From assembly GCA_934255405.1 (NCBI GenBank), contig CAKQNT010000002.1, positions 56,668 to 120,667 on the forward strand: a stretch of 64,000 nt of DNA, read 5' to 3'. Positions 39,143 to 47,476 of the stretch are shown here, in pieces (within the stretch, counting starts at the first letter, position 1; the number at the start of each line of letters is the position of its first letter). The DNA is from an uncultured Alphaproteobacteria bacterium (GTDB taxonomy: Bacteria; Pseudomonadota; Alphaproteobacteria; RF32; CAG-239). The position numbers were made by a program, and so were the translations under genes. The notes under the pieces were generated by a model. It did not search any database, was not told the DNA's origin, and saw only the letters and a list, made by a program, of their open reading frames with translations.

Positions 39143-40567
39143 ATGCCTACTGATACACATACTAAAATTTTGGCCACAATCGGCCCTTCTTCTGCTACTC
39201 GCGAACAGTTGGAACAACTGATAGATGCCGGCGCTGATGCTTTTCGGGTTAACTTTAGCCACGGGACACATGCCGAGCACAAGGCCAGAGTGAAAATTAT
39301 TCGTCAGTTGGAAAAAGAAAAAGGGCGGTTTATCTCTATTTTGGCAGATTTGCAGGGGCCAAAACTCAGAGTTGGGGTATTTAAAGAAGATAAAGTGTTG
39401 CTCAAAGAAGGACAGACCTTTACTTTGGATATGGATCCTAAACCCGGTGATAATCAACGCGTGTGTTTGCCGCATAAGGAGATTTTTGCTGCGCTCAAGC
39501 CCGGTGATGACCTGCTGGTTAACGATGGTTACATTGTTTTGAATGTAAAAAGTTGTGATAAAGATCATGCTGTTACTAAAGTAAAAGTTGGCGGCTATAT
39601 TTCAAGCCATAAAGGCGTTAATCTGCCAAATACTCAGCTAAACATCTCGGCGATTACCGAAAAAGACAGAGATGATTTGAAATTCGCCCTTAAGCTGGGA
39701 GTCGATTGGATCGGCTTGTCTTTTGTGCAGCGCGCTGAAGATGTGCGCGAGGCCAAAAAACTGGTGAATGGCAAAGCTTGGGTTATTTCTAAATTGGAAA
39801 AACCCAGCGCGATTGAGGATTTAGATGCCATTATTCAGGAATCAGACGCCATTATGGTGGCGCGTGGCGATTTGGGCGTCGAATGTCCGATTCAAAATGT
39901 TCCGGTTTTGCAAAAACGTATCGTTTCTGCTTGCCGTAAGTATGCGCGTCCGGTGATTATTGCTACACAGATGTTGGAGTCGATGATTAATAATCCAAAT
40001 CCGACTCGCGCAGAGGTTTCTGATGTGGCAACCGCAGTGTATGATGGCGCGGACACGGTTATGTTGTCGGCGGAAACCGCTGCCGGCAAATATCCGGTAG
40101 AAGCTGTAAAAATGATGCATAAAATTGTTAAGCAGGTTGAAGGAGATCCTTTGTTCTATGAGTTGACCCAGACTGCGCGCCGCCGTCCCAGCAATGCTAC
40201 CGAGGCGGATTCAATAACTTTTGCCGCCAGCGAGCTTTCTTGCATTTTGAAGAATGTTAAAGCTATTATAAGTTACACAACATCCGGTTTGACCACATTC
40301 TTGACGGCTCGCGAGCGTCCGTATTTGCCAATTTTGGCACTAACGCCGGATATTGCAGTGGCTCGTCGTCTGGTGTTGGTATGGGGAGTGCGTCCGTTTA
40401 TCAATAAGGTAAGCTTCAAAAAGTTTGACCATGTTGAAGATGCTGCCGTAAAAGTTGCCGTAGCCAATAAATACGCCCAATCCGGCGACCATATAATCAT
40501 TACTGCCGGTTTTCCGCTGAATGTAAGGGGGCGGACTAATATGCTGCATACGGTCTATATTAAGTGA
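39143..40567 (+). CDS. pyk: Pyruvate kinase
   Basis: TKILATIGPSS, NFSHG, MVARGDLGVE and ATQMLESM motifs. Confidence 0.95.
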   Translation: MPTDTHTKILATIGPSSATREQLEQLIDAGADAFRVNFSHGTHAEHKARVKIIRQLEKEKGRFISILADLQGPKLRVGVFKEDKVLLKEGQTFTLDMDPKPGDNQRVCLPHKEIFAALKPGDDLLVNDGYIVLNVKSCDKDHAVTKVKVGGYISSHKGVNLPNTQLNISAITEKDRDDLKFALKLGVDWIGLSFVQRAEDVREAKKLVNGKAWVISKLEKPSAIEDLDAIIQESDAIMVARGDLGVECPIQNVPVLQKRIVSACRKYARPVIIATQMLESMINNPNPTRAEVSDVATAVYDGADTVMLSAETAAGKYPVEAVKMMHKIVKQVEGDPLFYELTQTARRRPSNATEADSITFAASELSCILKNVKAIISYTTSGLTTFLTARERPYLPILALTPDIAVARRLVLVWGVRPFINKVSFKKFDHVEDAAVKVAVANKYAQSGDHIIITAGFPLNVRGRTNMLHTVYIK

Positions 40568-40568
40568 A

Positions 40569-40795
40569 GCAACCTCGCTGGAGGCGAGGTTGTCTAGAGG
40601 TTTTCTAGAGCAATTTGTGCAGGTCGGCGACATCCTCATTTACCCTTTTGTAAACTCCGGTGTCGCCACCCTAAAATCTTATTATTCACGCACGCTATCC
40701 GAGCTTGTTAGAGATTGTGCGGTTGTCGAAATGCTCATGTACTACTATATCCGAGCTTGCCGGAGATAGTGCAAAGCAGGTGAGCTAGCGGGGAA
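40569..40795 (+). repeat. Mosaic palindromic intergenic repeat, copy B (rearranged)
   Basis: Begins 2 nt after the pyk stop. It shares cgaggttgtctagaggttttctagagcaatttg with copy E. It shares the ggcgaca...tgtcgcc hairpin module (40626-40667) with copy D. It also has two right-arm fragments (ctatccgagcttg). Confidence 0.75.
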
Positions 40796-40805
40796 TCTTG
40801 TAAAA

Positions 40806-40838
40806 TAAAAAAACTCGCTTAAAGACAGCGAGTTTTTT
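40806..40838. terminator. Bidirectional terminator (pyk / rpmJ)
   Basis: actcgct-taaagac-agcgagt flanked by an A run and a T run. Confidence 0.65.
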
Positions 40839-40864
40839 AAAACCATAAAAGCTTGTTTAACAAA

Positions 40865-40990
40865 CTAACCCTGACGAGCTTTCAGCTTGGGGTTCTTTTT
40901 GTTGATTACATATACGCGACCTTTACGACGAACAACTTTGCAGTCTTTATCGCGAACTTTTTTGCTTTTCAAAGAGCTGTAAACTTTCAT
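40865..40990 (-). CDS. rpmJ: 50S ribosomal protein L36
   Basis: Hand translation gives [41 protein letters not shown] followed by a stop. It is below the ORF-track length cut-off. Confidence 0.85.
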   Translation of the reverse strand: MKVYSSLKSKKVRDKDCKVVRRKGRVYVINKKNPKLKARQG

Positions 40991-41022
40991 TTCTCTATCC
41001 TTACCTGTAAAAAGTTAACCGC

Positions 41023-41051
41023 AACTTATGACAAATAATGCGCTTTGTCAA
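41023..41051 (-). promoter_or_regulatory. Candidate sigma-70 promoter of rpmJ
   Basis: On the minus strand: TTGACA-N17-TAAGTT. Confidence 0.45.
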
Positions 41052-41091
41052 CTTATATTTTAGATTCTTTGGTAAAAATTTGAGATTGCTT

Positions 41092-41120
41092 TTGATTTTA
41101 TCTCTCTTCTTGTATATAAT
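41092..41120 (+). promoter_or_regulatory. Candidate sigma-70 promoter of the 41146 gene
   Basis: TTGATT-N17-TATAAT, 25 nt upstream of the ATG. Confidence 0.5.
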
Positions 41121-41145
41121 CCTTGTGTTTTTGCGGAGATTGAAA

Positions 41146-41700
41146 ATGAAAAAATATATTGCCTTGGCGTTGTTTGTATTATTTGCTAATCCGGTACGGG
41201 CTCAGATGCCCTATATTGAAGAGGTTCGCGCCTTGGGAGCTATAGCCGGACAAGGTTTGGCTTGCGGCTCCAGTAAATATGATACTTTTGAAATGTTGGC
41301 GCGGGCTATTCTGCTAACCAAATCTCCGTCTGATAAACTGCAAAATGATGCCATATATGCTTATTCGGAAGAAAAAGCCAATGCCTATATTTCTAAAGAG
41401 TTGGACGGCTTTTATGAGTGCGCGGCTATTAATCGTCGTTTTGATAAACAAGATATATTTAAGGCGGTGCTTTATACTGATGGCACTATTAAAATGCCGG
41501 ACGGAAAAATTCTTACACCGCGCCAGCCGTATGATGCCAGCCTGATATATAAGAATAACAAAGATCGTGAAGCGGCTAAAGCTATTTATAATGGTGTAAA
41601 AGGTACCATCACCAAAGTAGATGTGGTTGACGATAATATTGCCAGAGCTAATGGCGGCGGTTTGGCGGCGCCAACGGTGGGGCGTATTCGCCGCCGCTGA
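41146..41700 (+). CDS. Secreted protein of unknown function
   Basis: Signal peptide MKKYIALALFVLFANPVRAQ. Start at the internal ATG at 41146 of track ORF 41038..41700. Confidence 0.6.
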   Translation: MKKYIALALFVLFANPVRAQMPYIEEVRALGAIAGQGLACGSSKYDTFEMLARAILLTKSPSDKLQNDAIYAYSEEKANAYISKELDGFYECAAINRRFDKQDIFKAVLYTDGTIKMPDGKILTPRQPYDASLIYKNNKDREAAKAIYNGVKGTITKVDVVDDNIARANGGGLAAPTVGRIRRR

Positions 41701-41770
41701 TTAAATTAGGTTGCTTTTTGCGTTTTAATCTGTATATTCAAAGCCAATCAATAAATTTTAGGAGATAAAA

Positions 41771-43450
41771 ATGGCTGCAGTCCAATATGTTTTTGTTATG
41801 CAAAATTTGACCAAGGTGTTTCCGGGAGGAAAAGAACTTTTTAAGGGGATTACCTTGTCTTTTCTGCCGGGGGCAAAAATCGGCGTGCTGGGTGTGAACG
41901 GCGCCGGTAAGTCTACTTTGCTCAAAATTATGGCAGGAGTTGACAAAGATTTTAATGGCGAGGCATGGGCTGCTGATGGTATTAAGGTCGGATATTTGGA
42001 GCAAGAGCCAAAGCTAGATCCTAACAAAAATGTGATGGAAAATATTATGGACGGCTTGGCAGAAACACGCGATTTGCTCAAGCGGTTTGAGGAAGTCTCT
42101 ATGCGTTTTGGCGAAGAGCTTACCGATGAAGAAATGAATAATCTGATTAATGAACAAGCAGAATTGCAAGAAAAAATCGATGCCTGCAATGGTTGGGATT
42201 TGGAGCGCACAATTGAAATCGCAATGGATGCTTTGCGTTGCCCGCCTGCAGATGCCGATGTTACCAAACTTTCCGGTGGTGAGCGACGTCGCGTGGCTTT
42301 GTGTCGTTTGTTGCTTTCTAAGCCGGATATGCTTTTATTGGATGAGCCGACTAACCATTTAGATGCCGAATCTGTGGCTTGGTTGGAGAATCATCTTAAG
42401 GATTACAAAGGAACAGTGGTTATGGTTACCCACGACCGCTATTTCTTGGATAATGTAACCGGCTGGATTTTGGAACTTGATCGCGGTCAGGGGATTCCTT
42501 ATGAGGGGAACTATTCTTCTTGGTTGGAACAAAAGCAAAAACGTTTGGAGCAAGAGGCTCGCGAAGAAACCGCTCGTCAGAAGGTTTTGGCTAATGAATT
42601 GGAGTGGATTCAAAAGAATCCCAAAGCGCGTCAGGCGAAATCTAAGGCACGTATTAATGCTTATGACGAATTATTGGCGCAGGCGTCTAAAGACAAAATA
42701 AATACCGCCAATATAACAATTCCGATGACTGAACGTTTGGGAGATTTGGTGATTGAGGCCAATCATATCAGCAAATCGTTTGGGGATAGAGTATTGATTG
42801 ATGATTTGTCGTTTAAGATTCCTAAGGGGGCAATCGTGGGAATTATTGGTCCTAACGGGGCCGGCAAAACCACTTTATTTAAGATGATTACCGGACAGGA
42901 GAAGCCAAATTCCGGAGAAATCAGATTAGGTGACACCGTTGATCTTGGCTATGTTGACCAAACTCGTGATGAGTTGGACCCGAACAAAAATGTGTGGGAA
43001 GAAATTTCTGACGGTTTGGATATGATACAGCTAGGTAAAAAAGAGGTGCCGTCTCGTGCTTATGTCGGGCAGTTCAATTTTAAAGGTAGCGATCAGCAGA
43101 AAAAGGTCGGGCAGCTTTCCGGCGGTGAGCGCAACCGTGTTCATTTGGCCAAAATGTTGCGTAAGGGCGCCAATGTAATTATGCTTGATGAGCCCACCAA
43201 TGATTTGGACGTTGATACTCTTCGCTCGCTTGAAGAAGGAATAATGAATTACCCCGGTTGCGTACTGGTGACTTCGCACGATCGTTGGTTCTTAGATCGT
43301 TTGGCAACCCATATTCTAGCCTATGAGGACGATGGTCACGTTGAATGGTTTGAAGGCAACTATGAAGAATATGAAAAAGATAAAATCCGTCGTCTTGGCG
43401 AAGAGGCCGCCAGACCGCATAGGGTGAGGTATAAGGCGTTGACACGCTGA
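41771..43450 (+). CDS. ettA: ABC-F translational throttle EttA
   Basis: Two ABC cassettes ([12 protein letters not shown] / [11 protein letters not shown] and [12 protein letters not shown] / [11 protein letters not shown]). About 559 aa. Confidence 0.92.
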   Translation: MAAVQYVFVMQNLTKVFPGGKELFKGITLSFLPGAKIGVLGVNGAGKSTLLKIMAGVDKDFNGEAWAADGIKVGYLEQEPKLDPNKNVMENIMDGLAETRDLLKRFEEVSMRFGEELTDEEMNNLINEQAELQEKIDACNGWDLERTIEIAMDALRCPPADADVTKLSGGERRRVALCRLLLSKPDMLLLDEPTNHLDAESVAWLENHLKDYKGTVVMVTHDRYFLDNVTGWILELDRGQGIPYEGNYSSWLEQKQKRLEQEAREETARQKVLANELEWIQKNPKARQAKSKARINAYDELLAQASKDKINTANITIPMTERLGDLVIEANHISKSFGDRVLIDDLSFKIPKGAIVGIIGPNGAGKTTLFKMITGQEKPNSGEIRLGDTVDLGYVDQTRDELDPNKNVWEEISDGLDMIQLGKKEVPSRAYVGQFNFKGSDQQKKVGQLSGGERNRVHLAKMLRKGANVIMLDEPTNDLDVDTLRSLEEGIMNYPGCVLVTSHDRWFLDRLATHILAYEDDGHVEWFEGNYEEYEKDKIRRLGEEAARPHRVRYKALTR

Positions 43451-43454
43451 TACT

Positions 43455-43612
43455 GGCAAGCTCGCTGGGTGAGCAAGCTCGTCTAGCGGCACATCTAGAG
43501 CGATTTTACGGTGACAGAAAATGCTCACGTACTAATCGTGTACGCTCCGCTTTTCAGCACCTAGAAATCACTCTATCTGTACCACTATCCGACCTTGCTA
43601 GAGATTGTGTAA
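43455..43612 (+). repeat. Mosaic palindromic intergenic repeat, copy C
   Basis: Left arm at 43473-43500 and right arm at 43571-43598. The interior is nearly identical to copy D. Confidence 0.8.
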
Positions 43613-43615
43613 TAT

Positions 43616-43658
43616 AAAAAGCTGAAAATTCAAAAATGAATTTTCAGCTTTTGTTTTT
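43616..43658 (+). terminator. Rho-independent terminator after ettA and repeat C
   Basis: agctgaaaatt-caaaaatg-aattttcagct followed by a T run. Confidence 0.7.
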
Positions 43659-43667
43659 GTAGCTTTG

Positions 43668-43722
43668 TAAGTCCTCCCCCTTGACGGGGCGCGAGGATAA
43701 AAACAACCTGTCGATAGTTGTT
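43668..43722 (+). repeat. Direct repeat unit upstream of the flagellin gene
   Basis: taagtcctcccccttgacggggcgcgaggataaaaacaacc... The 26-nt core gacggggcgcgaggataaaaacaacc is identical to 45807-45832. Confidence 0.7.
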
Positions 43723-43864
43723 GAAAACTAAGTGTTAGTACTGGAAAAATTTGCGCTTAGGTTTTATTTATAACTTGAGGAAGTGCGACAAAAACCAGCA
43801 CAATCAAGCACCTTCCCCTTGACGGGGAAGGCTGGGTAGGGGTGAGAAAAGGAGTAAAGAGAGT

Positions 43865-45777
43865 ATGACTGGAAAGATAAGTTTAACTGCGAGTATGCGC
43901 AGTAACTTATTGAGCCTGCAGAACATCAGCAGGCAGGTTAGCTCTACCCAAAACAAACTTGCTACCGGCAACAAAGTAAATTCCGCAATCGATAATCCCA
44001 GTTCATACTACACCGCGCGTTCATTAACCAACCGCGCTAATGATTTAGACTCTCTGCTTGACTCAATGGGACAGGCGGTGAGCACCATCAAAACCGCCAC
44101 CACTGCCTTAGAAACCGGCGCCACATTCCTAGAGCAGGCCGCGGCTGTTGCCACGTCCGCGCTGGAAACAGCAAAGATTCCCAGCAAGGAATGGTTTGAA
44201 TCTCAAGACAACGTATCCGCAGTTGTCAGCAATTGGAGTGAGCTTAAAGCCGCGCTGGATAGCGGCAAAGCCGGCAATATCGTTGTTTATGGCAACATAA
44301 TTGCCGAAGATACCATAACCTTAAAAGAAGGACAAAACTTAGTCGGCGTTGGCTACTACGGAGTATCAGAGCCGGACACCGATAAATTCTCGCAAATCAG
44401 TATAGACTTAGAAAAACTAGGGCTTAAAGATGGCATTAAAGCAGAAGCAGATAATCTACTTCTTTCCGATGTTTCAATTAAAGCGATAACAAGAAAGTCA
44501 GCAAAAGGCTACGTAATTAATTTTGCCAATACTTCTAATCAGATATTGCAAAATTTAGATATTCTTATGGATAACAGTGAGCAGAATAGTTATTATCAAG
44601 ATAGTAGTATATGTTCGTATGGAATATTTGGGGGTACAACTATAGGATTTTATGGCGTAAATACAATTGCGGAGGCAAAAGTTAGTCCACATGGCAACTT
44701 TCACGTTGTATCATTTGCAATAAACAATTCTGATGCGCATGTATATGGGGTCGTAAATATAAATATGCTGCAGAATGGTTCTAGAGGTATAGGTGTTACA
44801 AGCTTAAATGTTGAAAATAACGCAACCTTAAATATATCGTCACGATTATTTGGATTTGCAGAAGGTACATCAAATTTTAATGGCAATGCAAAAGTGAATA
44901 TTCAGACAATGTATGGTTTGGCTGGCGGTACTTATAATATCAACGATAAAGCTATCTTAAATATTAGAGCTAGTCAATTCACTGATTATAGCAACAACTT
45001 GACATTCAATATTAATTCTCAAGTGTCTAAAACTAACATAAGTGTTACGCAAAATCTTTTTGATAGTTCTCAGGCTAAGACAACTATCAAAGCCGTATCC
45101 GGTTCAAAGATGAGTGTGAATGGTAAGGTTTACAAAGCAGAGAAGGCGATTAGTGATAATACCATGAACGGTAATAATATGCCGGCGGGATTTGTGGAAG
45201 TTGCGGGAGTAGTGGCTGACCCCGTGCCAAGTTTGGATTGGCTCAAAGAACAGAATGCTAATCGCAGTATGGATTATAAATACAAAAATGAGGCAAAGGA
45301 AAATAGTAAGCAATATTCAGAGATAGTCGGTCAGTATGATTCAGTGATAAAAGACGCTTCATATAAGGGCACAAACCTGCTCAAAAAAGACAAGCTCAAT
45401 GTGCGGTTTAATGAGAGCGGCAGCGCTGATTTGAACGTGTCTGGCAAGGATATGTCAGCAGGCTCATTAGGGCTAAATACGGTTGATTGGCAGAATCAGG
45501 CGACATTGCCCAAAGCCTCAGAGAAATCGCCGGCGCCTTGAAAAGTATCAGAGCTTTTACCGCGGAGCTGGGGAATAATTATTCAATTATCACCAGTCGG
45601 CAAGATTTCACGGAGAATTTGATAAATATTCTCACCGAGGGCGCGGATAAATTAACTTTAGCTGATATGAACGAAGAATCCGCCAATATGCTGGCATTGC
45701 AAACAAGACAACAGTTGGCGATTAACTCTCTCTCATTAGCGTCACAAGCCGCACAGGCAGTCATGAAACTCTTTTAA
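43865..45777 (+). pseudogene. Large alpha-type flagellin with a long central insert and a frameshift before the C-terminal helical domain
   Basis: The N-terminus is LLSLQNISRQVSSTQNKLATGNKVNSAIDNPSSYYTARSLTNRANDL (flagellin N domain). The C-terminal domain RQDFTENLINILTEGADKLTLADMNEESANMLALQTRQQLAINSLSLA is in a different frame. The two track ORFs overlap at 45487-45541. Confidence 0.75.
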
Positions 45778-45791
45778 AATTTAATGCCATC

Positions 45792-45850
45792 TAAGTCTTC
45801 CCCATCGACGGGGCGCGAGGATAAAAACAACCGTTGCTCCAGTTGTTTTT
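45792..45850 (+). repeat. Direct repeat unit downstream of the flagellin gene
   Basis: taagtcttccccatcgacggggcgcgaggataaaaacaacc...gttgttttt. This is the partner of 43668-43722. Confidence 0.7.
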
Positions 45851-46449
45851 ACCGCAAGCGACGTAAGTTTACTTGTTGAGCTAGTGCGGCGTGAGCAAAC
45901 GCAGCGAAATTAGTAAACAAGTGACCCTGTGAAATAAAAATAATCAAAGTAATGATTATTTTTATGAGCCAAGCAATGAAACTTGCCGAGCAAGCAAGCG
46001 CCAGCGCTGGGCAGCGAGGCTTAGTTGGAATTGGCAAGGTTAGTGAGCCTTGGCGAACTTACTAAGCTAGACGATTTAGATGGAGGTGAGATAGAATAAA
46101 GACTGTCACCGCTCCGAGAGGCGAGTATTCTCGTCCGAGGTCCAGCGGTCTTCCGAGCTTTTTAAATGTTAGTACGGAAGATGCCCTGACGATTGCGTTC
46201 CGCAATCGAGGCATGACATGTTTTTTCACTGGATTCCGGCGTTCGCCGGAATGACACCGGACGACAAGTCCGACTCTATCCCGAGCGCCGAGCCAATGGC
46301 GAGTAAGCGAGTAAATTCTTGCAAATGCCTGTGCTGCTTCGCACCGCCGCCCGCCGTGCGGGTCATTCTAGAGAAAGCCAGAATCCAGCATTAATGGACT
46401 CTTCGTTGCACTCAGAGTGATAATGCTGGTGGTTGTATTACGTTGCCAA

Positions 46450-46488
46450 TAAAAATAGTTCCTCTTTTGTAGTTAAAAGAGGAACTAT
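46450..46488 (-). terminator. galU terminator
   Basis: 13-bp stem tagttcctctttt / aaaagaggaacta followed by a T run on the minus strand. Confidence 0.75.
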
Positions 46489-46511
46489 AAGTTGTGGAAT
46501 GTTGACAATGT

Positions 46512-47405
46512 TTAAGCGGCGCATTCTTTAAGAATTTTGCAGCAATAATCTCTGAGTTCGGGGTCTTCCATCAGACTGAGACGTAGATTTGATTTTTCAA
46601 GCTCTTTATTGGTGCCGCAGTCAAAGCGCTCAATGTCGCAAATGGCTCCGGTCAATTTGATGCCGCGTTTGGCGGCTAATCCCATTGCATCGGCAAGATT
46701 AATCTCGCCGTTGGTGCCTTTGCTGACTTCAGGCAGAATGTTCATAATCTCATTGGGCAAGATATAGGGGCCGAGACTACCAAAGTTTGAGGGAATCTTA
46801 TCTCTGGCGGGTTTTTCAATTTTGCCGGTGGCGTGCACAACATTGCCCTCTTGAACGGCGCCTTCCAAAACGCCATAGCGAACAATTTCTTCATCAGGGA
46901 AAACCTGAACATGATCAACCATGCCGCCGTATCTTTGATAGATATCAAGCAACTGAGCCAAAATGCCCTTGCCGCCATGAGGGTTGACATATACGTCATC
47001 TGCCCACATAACGATAAAATCACGATCACCAACCAGCTCTTTGGCCATCAGCACGGCATGGCCGTTGCCTTTGGGCTCTTTTTGCTCGGCAAACGAGAAC
47101 TTCATGCCGGCGGGGATAATGTCTTGAACCACCTTGAGCAAATCAAGTTTGCCTTTTTCTAGCAGGTGATTTTCTAACCACGGATAAGGGGAAAAGTGTT
47201 TTTCAAACAGACCTTTGCAAGATTGGTCGCTGTAGATGAATATAACTTCTTTAATGCCTATTTCTTTGCAGGAATCAATGGCATATTGAATAATCGGTTT
47301 GCTGTGCAGGGTTAAAAAACCTTTGTGCAGAGCTTTGGTTGAAGGAAGATTGCGAGTTGATAATCCGGCGACCGGAATAATACAAACTTCAGGCTTTTTG
47401 AGCAT
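46512..47405 (-). CDS. galU: UTP-glucose-1-phosphate uridylyltransferase
   Basis: IIPVAGLSTRNLPSTKALHKGFL and KGNGHAVLMAKELVGD. Start at MLKKPEV (47405). Confidence 0.85.
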   Translation of the reverse strand: MLKKPEVCIIPVAGLSTRNLPSTKALHKGFLTLHSKPIIQYAIDSCKEIGIKEVIFIYSDQSCKGLFEKHFSPYPWLENHLLEKGKLDLLKVVQDIIPAGMKFSFAEQKEPKGNGHAVLMAKELVGDRDFIVMWADDVYVNPHGGKGILAQLLDIYQRYGGMVDHVQVFPDEEIVRYGVLEGAVQEGNVVHATGKIEKPARDKIPSNFGSLGPYILPNEIMNILPEVSKGTNGEINLADAMGLAAKRGIKLTGAICDIERFDCGTNKELEKSNLRLSLMEDPELRDYCCKILKECAA

Positions 47406-47476
47406 ATCATAAAACTCCAAATAATAGTTATTATGCCTGCTAATATATATTGCAAATTTCAATTCGACAAGCCTAA

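Noticed and set aside
43742-43755. TGG-N8-GC (ctggaaaaatttgcg) upstream of the flagellin gene, considered as a sigma-54 promoter.
   Set aside because: The spacing between the GG and GC doublets is 8 nt instead of the invariant 10 nt. No sigma-28 TAAA-N15-GCCGATAA match was seen either.
45849-46037. 62-aa minus-strand ORF in the GC-rich non-coding tract.
   Set aside because: It has no ribosome-binding site, its product is hydrophobic and low-complexity, and it sits among hairpins. It is probably fortuitous.
45851-46450. I tested this tract by eye for tmRNA (a tag ORF such as gcc aat ggc gag taa), for the RNase P CR-I/CR-V boxes, and for a retron msr/msd.
   Set aside because: - The putative tag is only 4 codons and lacks a hydrophobic xAA end.
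- No GAGGAAAGUCC or ACAGAAxxCGGCUUA boxes are present.
- No reverse transcriptase gene lies nearby.

The tract is reported only as an unexplained structured region.
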